Source: Selaginella moellendorffii | Taxonomy: Eukaryota > Plantae > Lycopodiophyta | Assembly: GCF_000143415.4 (NCBI RefSeq) | Contig: NW_003314352.1 | Span: 364,278-428,277, forward strand | Direction: 5' to 3' | Length of the DNA: 64,000 bases | Shown here: one piece after another, positions 20,931 to 34,859 of the stretch | Position numbering within the stretch: the first letter of the stretch is position 1 | Layout: each line of letters begins with the position of its first letter | Position numbers and translations under genes: made by a program | Notes under the pieces: model-generated | What the model saw: only the letters and a program-made list of their open reading frames with translations | Databases searched by the model: none | Told to the model about the DNA's origin: nothing

Positions 20931-23900
20931 TTGGCCACACCTTCAACTCCACTTTTTATAAGAGATAATTTTATTCTAATGGAAGTTTATGCTATTGCTA
21001 CCTAAGTGTAAGGACAAGGGCGAGGATGTGATTGTGGTTATGATGTTCGCTGTTGGATATGTAATGAAGTTAGTCACACTTATCAACGTTATAAATATTT
21101 TCTAGATAAGCAACCTTCATTTTTTGGGTGGAGATCTTAGCATCAACAATGTTCTATTAGTGTTGTTATAGATGAAGATTTGGACACTAAGATTTTTTCA
21201 AGAAATAAAGAGTTGTGCGAGTAACAGAAGGTCTTTGTGCAAATAAGTTAGTGACCCCTCTATCTTTCTTTTAGGAGTATCATCACGAGGTTAATTCGAC
21301 ACCAATTCATCTAGTGTTTACTTTCCAAACTTTTTTTTATAACAAGATATCTCTTATTATTCTCTCTATGTTAGTTGATATATGCTTGAGTTTATTTTCT
21401 ATTGCTTCGCTTGCTGCCACACATTGCCATCTACATTTGCATCCTACTATAAAGCCAAATTTCATTCTTTATGATAACATCCATACACATGTATTTACAT
21501 GGGATCAGGTAGATTTAGTTGTGTATGTAGGCAATCTCAAGTTTGAGTTACACTCATTACAAGTGGTGTTGAGTCAAGCTTTTGACCTCATCTTTGATAT
21601 AGATTTGTTACAATGCAATCATGCAAAATATGACTTTAAGACTTCTCCCCCTTATCTCATACTTCATTTTTTTTTTCTATTCCTCTCACTTTTGTTCTTC
21701 TTTGTCCCTTTGCTTCACCTCTACTTCTATCATTTTGTCTCCCCTTTACTTCTTTTTATGTTTCCGTTTTGTTCCTCTATTCCCTCTTTAAATCCCTCAA
21801 ATAGTCTTTGTATTGTAATAGTTGACTAACTTATAAAGAAGTATATTAATCTTTTTAAATTGGACATGTTATCTAACGCTAAGATTGCAATAGATCATCC
21901 TATTCAAATTAAGGATGTTTGTTCAATTAAAGTTCATATTCATCGTTTGTCACTAAAAGAAATCAAGCTTTTAGGTAATGGTAGAGGAAGATATTCCTAA
22001 AATTGTTTTTCATATACTATTTGGTTTGTAATTTGATTTAAACAATGCTCTAGTGCAAATGATAGATGAGTTTCTTTGTGATATGCTATAAGTGATTATT
22101 GATTTTTTCGATAATGTCTTGATCCAGGTGGAGGGGAGATGGGAGGAAAATATCCGTAATATTCGTAAAGTGTTGGATCGGTTATGAAAAGTTAGTTTAA
22201 AGCTAAAGCAATTAAAGTATGTGTTTAAGTCCAAGGACACCACTTATTTTGGATACTATATTTCTCGTGAAAATTTGCAAATTAATCCTGATAAACTTGT
22301 GGTTATTCTCAAGTTTTCTACTCCAAAATGTGTGAATGATATGCAACACTTTTTAGGCAAAATGCAATATCTCAGCCGTTTTGTTAATCATTTTTTGATC
22401 ATATTGCACTATTGCAAGCGTTGTTAAAGTTGTTAACATCATTTTTCATTTGGTCCGAGGACTGTGAGCAGGTGTTTACAAATCTAAAAGAGTTATTGAT
22501 GACTTCTTTAGTTTTAGCATATTTTGATTACACTCAACTTTTCATTTTGCACATGAATGCTTCTGATATCAGTTTTACATGTGTGTTGATGCAAAAGAAC
22601 CCGAGTACGCCTAATTAGTGCCATTATATACATTATCTATACATCATACAACCAGTGGAAATGAACTATTCCACGACAAAGAAGAAGTGTTTAACAGTAG
22701 TTTGGGGTTTTGAGAAACTTCATGTATATCTATATAATTCTTACTAAAAGGTGATTATGTTATGGTTACTTTGTTATTGAAGTGAAAGAACTTTGTTAAT
22801 CGTACTACTGGTGGGTTTTGAAGCTTCAGATATATAATTTTAATATTAGTTATCGCTCAAAGAGTTTTATGATTGATGTTAACACCCTTTCTCGAACTCT
22901 TTTTCCTTTTTCACTTTCATTTTATATTTCTAATGAGCATTTTATTCCAGTATCTATGGATTTTTTTTATGAGAATTTTGTGCTATTGACAGTTGCTATC
23001 TTTGATTTTCAATGTCCACAAGGAGAAAAATTTACTTTCTTTTGACAAAGTTCATGAGGATCAAAAGGTTAAGTCATGGATCTGAAGGTTTTGCAATAGG
23101 TTTGAAAATTCTACATCATTTGCTAATGACTTGTCATTTCAGCATTTACATTTTCAATATTACCTTGAGGACAATCTTCTTTATTTTGTAGGGATAGATC
23201 TTAATGATCATTTACGATTAGTGGTGCTTTTAATATTTATTCTACGCTTTCTCTATACCTACCATGATTCTCTTATTTTAAGTGGGCATATGAAACATCG
23301 TCATGTGACTAATAAATTGCATAAATCTTTTTATTGGCCAAAGATGTAATGTGACATTATTTAGTATATACATAGTTGTATTTGGTGGTAAGCTCATAAT
23401 ACTCTCTTTTGTGCTACGGAAGGACGATTAAAGTCAATTCCTGTTTGTTTAATTTGGTGCCATTTGATCCAATGGGATTTTTTTCATGGTCAACTATTGC
23501 AAATGATTATGTCATTATTGTTTTTGACTATTTGACTTGTTAAATGGAATTCAATGCTCTTGCTAATATGTCTGCAATTGCTATTGAATACTTCCTCCTT
23601 AATTAAATGGTGTTCCAAAATTCCAATCCAGTTTTCACAAGTACTTATCATTCATATTAGATGGTTTAGTAGAATGTCTCACCCGAACTTTCAAAGGAAT
23701 GATCACGAAGTGCATGAACTTTCAACATTCAAATTAAAATGGTTATTTGCCATTTTTTTGGTATGCGTATATCACAGGGGTGCAAAGTTTTATTAATGTT
23801 TCACTATATAAATTTTTATATGGTTTTGATCTAAAACTAAGTTTATCTTTACTTAAAGAGAAGTAACTCATTATAATCTTTAACATATAATCATAATACA

Positions 23901-25039
23901 AAAAATGATGTAACATTAGTATTTGAGAAAATTAGGAAAAACTTTCTTACCTTTAAAAGCACATTACAATGCTTATTTTTACTGATTTACTATTGTAGGG
24001 TATGAAGTAATTTTATAAAAAATAAGATACAAAATTTTGTAACACTTTTTTTAAAAATGCTTTAGTATTACTATCTTTCACAAAAATGTATGCAAACACT
24101 TAAGGAATTATAATAATAATAAAATTTAGATCCAATATCCTAGCAAATAAAGTTGCTACTCTAATGTTTCTCTCCAAAAAAACTTAAAATTGATTCAAAT
24201 AAATATATTTAATTTTTACACATAGCCTCATCTAAACCATCTAGAAGAAAAGGAATTTAAATTGGAATATAAAGCCTTTGCTCTTTTAAATATATAAGGA
24301 TGATTACAAAGTACACAAGTGATAAAAACAAATAGCTGAATTACCCTTAAAACTACCTCATAACTTTTTATATAAAAACATTTGTAAACTAGTTTTGTGA
24401 TATTTACATTTATTTTTAAAATAAAACTACTTATAAATTTTATTTTATTTTTACTGAAAAGGAGTTGATTTTCCTTTTTTTTTAACCATCCAAAAGCTAT
24501 TTGAAATATTCTTCAATTAATCTAGTAAAATCCAGTTGGACTATATTGGCTTGTATAAAAGGTGTTAAAGCACATATGACAACTATAAAACTATAATGTT
24601 GTCTCATAGATCATGATGATCTTGTATGACACATACATTATGATGATGGAAGTTTAAAATAACCATGTCTATTAGATACCAAAATAAAGGTTTATGTAAT
24701 GTTTATGGATGGAAGTGCCTTCATGGTAGAAGTTACTAATTCTTTGCCTAGTGTGTAGAAAGTGCTCTCCAAAGATTGAGTGTCAAGCAAAGAACTATAA
24801 AGTAAAGGTCAAAGTCTAAGTATAATTATTGATTTTCCCATCACACTAGTTGGAAGGAGAAGGCTAAGATTTTAAAGTTGCTCACACATCTAGAGCATGT
24901 GTTTATCAGCTTGATGGTGAGGATGAACTCTTAATTAACCAATTGATGTGCCTTAAAATATATTCAGAATGTTGGTTTGAATTATAAAATAAATTAAGGA
25001 ATAACTTAGGCTGGATATTCAAAATATATTCCTTTACAC

Positions 25040-25655
25040 GATGCCATCTCGTGGAACATCCGGCAAAACGGGAAGCAAAGATATTGTTTGAAGTAAGGAT
25101 GTGGCTTCCTGTATAAGCTTAGCAAATGGTTATTTTGAGAGAATATCGTAAAGGAACGCTGTGTTTATGGTCCAAGAATTTGCCCATGACGGGCAAATCG
25201 ATTGCAAGAAAGAGGTGGTTGATTCAATGCTGGAGGCGAACTCTTGGTCGTGGGCCGGGCTCATCGTTTGCTATGGCGCTGGTGGCCAGACAAAGAGAGC
25301 ACTGGAAGCTTTTACGGCGAGCGGGGATCGGAGCATCGTGACCTGGACACCGCTGCTCTATACGTATGCCCGGCTTCGGCATTTGGAGAGATCAAAGGGC
25401 GGTGTTTGGGCAAATTCGCTCCAGGGACTGACTGATTCGCAGCGGCTTGATTGTGCAGGCCAAGGCAACCTTCGATGAGATGGCCGAGCGAGACGTGGCG
25501 AGCATTGCGATGGGCGCGTGCAGCCACGCCAGGAGCTCGGTCTAGGGGTTTGTTACTTGACTGTGGACTGTGGATTGGATTGGAATCTAAGAAGAGAACC
25601 GGGGAGGTCAAACGAATGAAAGTGGGAGAGAGCTTTCGAAGCAAGAAAAAACAAT
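25040..25655 (+). pseudogene. Internally deleted pseudogene copy of the PPR at 35909-37816, in inverted orientation
   Basis: Blocks match the reverse complement of ~37575-35925: gatgccatctcgtggaacatc; gattcaatgctggaggcgaactcttggtcgtggg (DSM.EANSWSW); catttggagagatcaaagg; gagcgagacgtggcg; gcagccacgcc; ctgtggattggattggaat; agcaagaaaaa. Confidence 0.88.
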
Positions 25656-26019
25656 AGAGAGGGACTCAAACACTCCTCTGTCGCGTGAGCCCTAGCGCTA
25701 GATCTTGACGCAATGTAGTAGTACCCGATTGGAATTTGATGAGACTGGACCACCGATCTCTAGGTCGCCTGTCGCAGTTTGTCGCCGCGTGTTTGATCAG
25801 GCGAGCGTGAGAAAGAGGAGGGAAAATCTGGAATTCTAGAAGAAAGGAATCGTGTCATCCATCAAAAGGGGGCTTGAGAAGCTACGCTGTTGCTGTGGCG
25901 AGATGCGATGCGAATGTCATGTCTTGCCGGCTGGGTCCATCTCTCTGTAGCTCGATCGATAGCCCGATCGATAGATAGATCGAGTGTAGCGACCAGGGGA
26001 CCTAGCTGTTCTTTTGTAT

Positions 26020-29000
26020 ATGTCAGGTATGGAAGAAGAGCTCGAGAGCTTCGGCGATTGCAAGGGGGCAGATGATCACCGCGAGGGATCCAAGCGGCAT
26101 TTGCTGGAGCTCACCATCGACATCGATCCCGACCACAGGTCGGTAACGCTCGTCGACGACCCTTCCCAGAGCCGCGCGCCGAGGAGCTCGCCGCGCGGCC
26201 TGGCGCTCATCCGGCAGCTCTCCTGGCTCTCCGCGGGGCAGGCGTCGGCGAAATCCACGCCCGATCGTAGCCCGATCAGCCTGCGCGACGCCATTGCCAG
26301 CAGCCCGTTCGTGCTGAGGAAGGATTTGTGGAGCAAGAGCAAGCAGCGGCTCCTCAATTCCGGGACCAAGCACGCGCTCCAGGGCCTGCGATTCATCAGC
26401 ACCACGAATTCGCAATGGCGGGCGGTGGAGTCGAGATTCTGGAAGCTGGCCAGCGACCAGGGGCTCCTCTCGCGGGCGGATTTTGGGCTTTGCATCGGTG
26501 GGAGGAGTATTTTGGTTGCGTTTGATTGATCATCCATCGCGCTCTTTTTTTTTTCTTTCTTGCTAGGCATGCAAGATTCTAAAGAGTTTGCCGGGGAGCT
26601 CTTCGATGCCTTGGCGCGGCGCAAGCTCAAGCATCGGCAGCGCGTGGAATGGATCAGCTACGACGAGCTCAGGGATTTCTGGCTCCAGATTTCGGACCAG
26701 AATTTCGACTCGAGGATGCAAATCTTCTTCGACATGTAAGCCATTTCTTCTTCTCTTCGATCATCTCCTGGATATCCTTGCGATCTAGGTGTGACAAGGA
26801 TCTGGATGGACTCATCTCCGAGGCGGAGGTGAAGGAGGTAACAGAGATCGATCGATTGGTGAGCGGTGGTGGTGACGTCCTCGTCCTTTGTTTGCGATTT
26901 TATAGGTCATCATGCTGAGCGCGTCCGAGAACAAGCTGTCCAAGCTCAAGGAGCGTGCCGAGGAGTACGCTGCGATGATCATGGAAGAGCTGGACCCCCA
27001 GCGAAGAGGCTACATTGAGGTACTCCATTCCTTCTCCTGCTAGCAGCTAGCATTGGACTTCTCTTTCGTCGTCCATGGTTTCTTTTTTCATTTTTAACGA
27101 ATTTTTTGCCCATGCCATGCATTGCATCACAGCTCTCACAGTTTTGGACTGATTCATTCATTCAGTCGCCTTTGGAGGCAGAATAGTCATGCATGACAAA
27201 CAAATTTCCAGCTGAGCTTGCACTCTTTTCTTTTCCATCACTTTGTTCCTCTTTTCCAAAAAAGTGGTGTACGTTTTCTCATGGGATTGTCTTTCCTGCT
27301 TGACGTGCAGCTTTGGCAGCTCGAGAGTCTGATCCAAGGGACGACCGGAATCGGAAACTACGGCCAGATTTTGGTGCAGCCGAGGATGTTTTGTGGCAGC
27401 GGCTTGATACGCGGCATCTGCTACGTACTCATCGAGCACTGGCAGCGACTGTGGGTGCTGGGCTTGTGGCTTTTGGCGGTGGTGTGCCTGTTTTCCTGGA
27501 AGTTCGTCCAGTACAAGAACCAGTCGTCGTTTCTGGTTGCCGGGTACTGCATATGCGTCGCCAAAGGCGCCGCTGAGACGCTCAAGCTCAACATGGCTCT
27601 CATCCTTCTCCCGGTTTGTAGGAATTCCATCACTTGGCTGAGGTCCACAAGCGTCGTGGGATCTCTTATTCCTTTTGATGACAACATCAACTTCCACAAG
27701 GCAAGTTGGTAATCTTTTTCCCGTGTTCTCAACATCGTGGTTACAGATAATCGGGGGAGCAATCTTCATTGGAGTCGTTCTTCACGGCGGAGTTCATCTC
27801 ACCTGCGACTTTCCGAGGCTGGCGAATTCCCCTCGCGAGCAGTTCATGGCCGCTGGACTCGCTGGGGACTTTGGAAACAGGCAACCTACGTACTGGGAGC
27901 TCGTAAAATCGATCGAAGGCGTTACAGGCATTGCCATGGTCCTCATTATGTGCGTCGCCTTCGTTCTAGCATCAGGACGCTCGCGGAGAAACCTGGTGAA
28001 GCTCCCGTGGCCGTTACACAGATTGACTGGCTTCAACGCCTTTTGGTACTCCCACCATCTGTTCATCATTGTCTACACGATGCTCGTCTTACATTCCATG
28101 TTCCTGTTCTTAAAGCACGACTGGGTCGATAAAACAGTAAGTAATGTTTCCCTTCCTTTCCTTTTGTTTTTCTTTGGCATTTTGCAGTTCTTAATTCTTT
28201 CGTTCTTTTAGGCATGGATGTATCTTCTTCTTCCAACACTGCTGTACATGTTCGAGCGAACGTTTTCCGGTCTGCGAGCAGGATACTCCACTGTTCAAAT
28301 CCTAAAGGTTGTATAATTCTGGTAGTTTAGTGATCATAATTCTCGTCTTCTCAGGCGGCAATCTATCCTGGAAACGTTTTGTCTTTGGACATGACCAAGC
28401 CTCCAGGATTTAAGTACCAAAGTGGTATGTATATATTCATCAAGTGCCCATCGATATCACCTTTCGAATGGTATCGTTTGTGCTCCCACGTTCTACATTT
28501 AAAAACGTTCTAACTTTATTAGCGTTGACTGATTGGCGTCTCTGGTTGTCTGCAGGCATCCTTTCTCCATCACCTCCGCACCGAGCGATGATTTTGTCAG
28601 TGTTCATATTCGGATATCGGGAGATTGGACTGGGGAAATGGGAAAAATTTTCTCCGAGGTACTTTAAATTGGACAGTTTTCTGGTGGTATGTGACATGGA
28701 ACTACACAGGTTTGCGAACCTCCAGTTGGCAACAAGAGCGGGCCTTTGAAAGCGGAGTACCTCTTTGGACTTCAGTCACGGTTTGTGTTAAAACTTGACG
28801 TTAGTCCTTACTTTCGTTGGAACAGGTTTCCTAAACTGCTGATTGATGGTCCTTACGGAGCTCCAGCTCAGGACTACAAGAAATATGACGTGCTTCTTCT
28901 CATCGGTCTTGGGATAGGAGCAACACCGTTCATCAGTATTTTGAAGGACATACTAAATAACATCAAAACAACTGAGCCCAAGGTATGAGATTTAATGAAA

Positions 29001-29658
29001 GATCATCCATTTCCTTACCATTGTCTAGGTGCGAAGAAGTGAGATGAAACCTCTGAAAAAGGAATCGTCATTCAGAAAGATTAACGGCCCATCCAACGCG
29101 TATTTTTACTGGCTTACAAAAGAGCAAGGCTCATTTGAGTGGTTCAGAGGCGTCATGAACGAAATTGCTGAGCTTGACCATTCGGTATGTTTTAAACGTC
29201 CTTCATTTTCTAGAAGCTGACAAATGCAAGCACAGGCATTGATTGAAATGCACAACTATTTAACTAGTGTTTATGCCGAGGACGATGCGAGATCAGCTCT
29301 CATAACAATGGTGCAAGCTTTGCACCTTGAGAAAAACGGAGTAGACATCCTCTCTGGAACTCGAGTAAAACCAAAAGTTTTCTTTATCTCATTTTGGAAC
29401 TAATCGATGGTCAACAGGTCAGGACACATTTTGCAAAACCGAACTGGAGAAAAGTTTTTGGCAACTTAGCATCACTTCATCCAAACGCTCGGATAGGTAC
29501 ACGCAAAGATAGTGCTCTTGAAGGTTTCTCATTACGTTTGTTCTTCAGGAGTTTTCTTTTGTGGATCTAAAATTCTCGCACGGGAACTTGATAGCCTAGC
29601 ACGAGAATACTCGCACAACCAAGCCACCAAGTTCGACTTCCACAAGGAGAACTTTTGA
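26020..29658 (+). CDS. RBOH: Respiratory burst oxidase homolog (NADPH oxidase), multi-exon; start at 26020 or 26029
   Basis: [31 protein letters not shown]-hand [90 protein letters not shown], terminal FHKENF*. Confidence 0.93.
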
Positions 29659-31163
29659 CACACACACTCACAGGCAACTAAAGCCCTGTGACATATAGGA
29701 CACTACAGTCGCAATTTACCCACACTAAAATATAGTGGAGGTGAAAGGTGCGATTGCAAGATCCTTGAACTGTAAATTGCAAAAGAAAAAGAGGAAAAAG
29801 GTAAGATTAGGTGGAATATATAAAATGACATTCATCATCTTTTAGTTAATGATAATAAAAAAATGGGAAAACAAATTGTCCTTAAGATATTTTTGGATGC
29901 ACTAAAATAAGTGGTATTCTTATTAAATAAGTTATTTGTATTTTAAAAAAATAAAACTTTTGTTGTGAATTTTTAATAAAAAATTGTGTAATACATTGTT
30001 GGATTCTCTTTTATTATGAGGTTTACAAGTTTGAAATATCATGACTCATTTACTTCCATTGTATAAGTGTAACACTTTTCCACCTGTTTAAAAATATAAA
30101 ATGAATAACATGAAATAATTTCTTTTGCTATTTTTATTTAGTAAAAAATTAATATATTAAAATTTTAATAAAAAATATAATAAAATATCTTAATTCTTAT
30201 AAGTTTTTTAACTTAATAAATGTTTTATTTATAAAAATAAAAATTTATTATATTTTATAATTATTAGTAACACATCACCAAATATACCTTTATAATGTGT
30301 ATTTATTTAGAATATGCAACGACAAATATAATACATATTTAGGAAACGTTTTAGAAATTAGTAAATAATTATTTTCATAAAAAATTTACTTATTTTTCAT
30401 AATTATAAAATATTAAATTAAGTTATTTTTAACTATCTTATTTGGGCTTTATATCCAAAGATAACTGTTGACAACTAGTATTTTGAATATTATATGCATA
30501 AGTTTATCTTATGGGTGGTCTAAAGTATTATTATATTAAATAATTTTTGGAGTTAAGCTTGCCCATGAGTTTTATAAATTTGAGAAAATCATAGTTAATA
30601 AATTCAATTTTTTTAAATGCAACATAGTAATTTCTTTACTATTTAATGAAAAAACTAAGATTAATGGTATTGATTGAATATATAAAGTGACATACTTCCT
30701 CTTTTAGTTATTAATATAACTAAAGAGTATTATATCAGGAAAAATGGCTTTAAGATACTTTTTGAATAAAAATTTAAAAAATGTAATTTTCTATAAAAAT
30801 TATTTTTATTTTTAAAACTTTTTAACTCGTTTTGCCAGTTTTCTATAATTTTTATAAAATTTATACACTTTTTAATACTTTAAAAGTTGTTTTTAACTTC
30901 ACCTTTCCATAGAACTTTTTTTTTCCTTGTTTAACAAAAATAAATAAAACAGTAAGCTTTATAAACAAACAATATAATGAATATCATCTTAATGCTTATA
31001 AGTTTGCTTAACTTAATAAAGTTTTAGTAATAAAAAATAAGTTATTATTTTATTATTACTTGGATATAAATGCTTGTCTCAAATGTTAATTCTTACCACA
31101 ATGTTATAATTTATTCCTTGAAATATTGAGTGCTAGCCCCACAGCAATGTAGCCATTGCCATT

Positions 31164-32823
31164 CTATCGTGTTTTCAGAATTTCAACTCCAACGTATCTG
31201 CAAAAGCTCCATGAGAGTTAGACAATGATCCACTAAAGAACAGAATAGAGTACCTCCCAAGCATCATCACTGTTGCTTGAGGATTGGTTCCAGGAGTTGA
31301 CAAAAAAGTAGATCCATCCACGACCCGCAATCCGTTCAAGCCCATCACTCGGAAGCTCCAGTCGACCACTTCCCCAAGCGGGCATCCCCCATGGTAGTGG
31401 TAATTCGTCGAAACACTTCGCCGGCAAAACTCGCTGATGGTTCTATTCACAGATCCACTCGCAACGAGCGTTGCATTTCTTCGATCCGGCGAAGACACCG
31501 TGCCTCCAGATGGAAGGGACTGATTCCCAAACACCAGCGCTGCCATGGATCGAGAGAGCACCATCTCCTCCAAAGTGTTGACTCCGGCAATGCAGCGTTG
31601 TNNNNNNNNNNNNNNNNNNNNNNNNNNNNNNNNNNNNNNNNNNNNNNNNNNNNNNNNNNNNNNNNNNNNNNNNNNNNNNNNNNNNNNNNNNNNNNNNNNN
31701 NNNNNNNNNNNNNNNNNNNNNNNNNNNNNNNNNNNNNNNNNNNNNNNNNNNNNNNNNNNNNNNNNNNNNNNNNNNNNNNNNNNNNNNNNNNNNNNNNNNN
31801 NNNNNNNNNNNNNNNNNNNNNNNNNNNNNNNNNNNNNNNNNNNNNNNNNNNNNNNNNNNNNNNNNNNNNNNNNNNNNNNNNNNNNNNNNNNNNNNNNNNN
31901 NNNNNNNNNNNNNNNNNNNNNNNNNCTTAGCATAAGTAGCTGTGGACTTCCCAGAGCACCCGCAGAGATTATAACTTCACTTCTTTCAGAGCTGAGAAGA
32001 GCTGTGTGAGAGCGGCCAAGATTGTCAGTGTATAGAACTCCACGGCTGCCTCCTCCTGTAGAAGAAAAGGATTCAAGATCGATCGCAATTGCATCACGAG
32101 AACTTTACCTTGTAACAAGACTTTGTAGACTGTGGCATGGAGCAGCACATCGATGTTCTTGTGATTTGCATAAGCGAGAAGAAGATCTGAAGATGGATGA
32201 CGCTGTCCGTGGCTATCAAATGTGTTTCCAGTCGTTTTTGTTCCAACAACGTACTTGTAGGTGAAACCAAAATCTGGCGTTACTCCGACTTCGAGCAGTG
32301 CTCCACGGATGGAATTCTGGAAAGCACTGAAGTTTCTTGGCCTGGATGCCACCACTTTCTCCACCCAAGCGTACGAGCTCTCGACCAAGTTCTTGTCGAG
32401 CTTGGCATCGCTGATAAACTCGTCTGGAGCACGATTGTAGACGGCTCCATTGATGCTGCTGCCTCCTCCCAAAACATTTGGCCTGATGCTTGCGACGCCA
32501 TCCTCGGAAGTGAATGCCTGATTGGGAGCCTCCAATCCACCCGGGTTGGCGAAGGTGTTCCCAGAGTTCTCGATCCGCAAGAGCAGCGGATTTCCATACG
32601 GGGAGCCGCCTCGCTCGAGAACAAGAACTTTGTAGCGCTGAGATAGGGTTGCAGCGATCGCACAGCCAGCAGTTCCTCCTCCAACAACAATATAGTCATA
32701 CTTGTGCTCTAGAGTTGTGCTGTTTGCTTCCCTGATAAATGAAACAGCACCATCATCGTTGGCCTCAATGATCCGAAGCGTGCAATAGATCACCGCGATG
32801 AAGAACAAGTGAAACTTCAACAT
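31164..32823 (-). CDS. Secreted GMC oxidoreductase (HOTHEAD / mandelonitrile lyase-like); spans an assembly gap
   Basis: Signal peptide MLKFHLFFIAVIYC, FAD motif YDYIVVGGGTAGC, VLGGGSSING, YHYHGGC, GLRVVDGSTF...PGTNPQATVMMLGR|YVGVEILKTR*. Confidence 0.85.
31602..31925. other. Assembly gap (N run)
   Basis: Run of n characters. Confidence 0.99.
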
Positions 32824-34814
32824 AGCGATCAACACAGCGATACCAAACGAGGTGATTGTATATCAGGAAACTACATATTATATGTAATTTCCTGATATAC
32901 ACGTTTCGTATATAGTAATATCACGACGTTGCTGGCGATTGACTCGAGACTAAGTGTTAGGCGCATGCAGGCCAGGAATTGGCGGACTGTTCGATCAAAC
33001 TATAGCAGCCTGGCACGGACTGAAATGACGCGGATTTAAGATACGTCTGCTGATTTTCGAACAGTGATAAGGTATGAAACGCAAGTGAAGTGTGTTTACT
33101 AGGAAGATTCGTCACAGTTCTCGTGGAAGTTCAGAAAAATCCAAGTAATTGTGTATCAAGATTCCAGAGATTTCATCAATTAAACACACTGTGCTTTTGT
33201 GCAGATCCAATTACAGAGAGCATTGCCATTGCCAAAGAGGTCTATTACTTTGTTAGTGATAGAAACATGACTAAGCTTTTGTGGCCCATAATTTACTGGC
33301 ATTAGCTCCAGAAGAGGAAAATCAAAATTAAGCAACAGTGTTTTGGTGGAGCATTTGGAGGAACAATTTTAAATAATTATATAAATTTAAATATTACATA
33401 TAGAAATTTCAATATTTTCTATATTTTGTAGGAACATTGATAAAATTTAATTACTTTAACCAACATAAAAATATGTTTCCAACTATTTTATATTTTATAA
33501 AATTATAATATATATTATTAAGTGAACTTTTCTTTATCATAAAAATAAATTATTTAATTTCAAAATATTTTTATTTTTATTTAAAATACTAAATTTAAGA
33601 GGATATTAAACTCTTCAAAAAATATAATAGAAAAATAAATATTAAGTAATAAAAACTGTTAATTATAAAAATAGAAATAATTAAATACTTTATAGCATTA
33701 GAATAAACTATTCAATGAAACATTAAAAGTTATTTTACATAAATATTTTAAATATATTTTTTAAATGAATAATTAACTATATTTTGTTATACATTTGCTG
33801 ATACAAACCAAAAATATAACTAGTTATGCTACATTGACCACTAGTTATGACTATAAAAAAAGAAGTACACTAATTGTTAAAGCTCTAACATTTTTTTTAA
33901 TTGTTTTAGTGATGAAATAATTACTCTTTATTAATATATTAATTAGGGGAGTTTCTATATATGTAATTTATTATATTTAAAAATATCAATATTTAAAAAG
34001 AAAAACTAAAACACTAATTCAAAGAATAAGTAAGAGATTCAGTTTATGATTTTTTATTGTGTTACTCTTTTGCTATTTCAAATTTAGGTAATTTAAATTA
34101 TGAACATGATAAAAACTAAATTAATATATTTTTTCATTATTTCACATTTTAAAAAAATAGTCATTATAATTTGTTCTTGATTGATGCCACTTATAGCATA
34201 ACTTTTCATTTATAATAAATATTTATTATGTTTTAAACCAATTTTTATATTTAATAATGTGTAAACTAATATAGTTTTAAACTAAATTGTAATGAAAATA
34301 TTTTTTCATTTATTTATAATAATAAATATAAATTACAAGTTTCTTTTGAAGGTTTTTGTTTCTAGACATTTTGGCTTGCTATTTTTTCTAATGACATTAC
34401 TTTCCTTATTTTGGATATATTTTCTTGATTAAATGGATAGCATTAAATTTTAAAAACCATAAAGTTTAGCTTTCTAAAATTATTTACTATTTTGTTTTAC
34501 TGAAATTGACATCACAATCAAAGTTATACGATCAGTTCATATACTAATATGAACTTAATATGCTATACATATCTATGGAGCATTTTGAATTAGCTTCAGA
34601 CAGGTGATATGTGGCCAAAAATTGAAGACTTTCCTCGAGTTCTAGATATTACCACTTGTGATTTTGTAATTCTAGTTTTGTTTGCACTTCTGTGATAAAA
34701 CTAGCGTAACGAAGCTATTGTGCAAAGATATGCTCCTGCTTTGGACAAGGCATTGCCACAGCCTCCTAGAAATGTCATGCACTTTGATCAAAACTGGATC
34801 AGTGGATCAAGTGC

Positions 34815-34840
34815 TTTTGATCAAGTGCACTTGATCAAAA
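34815..34840. repeat. Perfect 26-bp palindrome within a GATCAA-rich patch
   Basis: TTTTGATCAAGTGCACTTGATCAAAA equals its own reverse complement. Confidence 0.85.
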
Positions 34841-34859
34841 CCATTTGCTCAAAGAAAAA

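Larger units (their letters stand above)
18262..23830 (+). mobile_element. Heavily decayed Ty3/gypsy LTR retrotransposon (copy A): partial 5' LTR, PBS remnant, gag/PR/RT/RH/INT remnants, interrupted by an insertion
   Basis: Collinear with copy B (39382-44355). LTR ends ...actcaca|ttggtgga at 18367. ORF remnants KDTTYFGYYISRENLQINPDKL, FIWSEDCEQVF, SGHMKHRHVTNKLHKSFYWP. Many stops and internal deletions. Confidence 0.85.

Noticed and set aside
28471-28555. Possible U12 intron in RBOH (donor GTATCGTTT)
   Set aside because: It mismatches the GTATCCTT consensus at a key position and has no TCCTTRAC branch site near the acceptor. Treated as U2.
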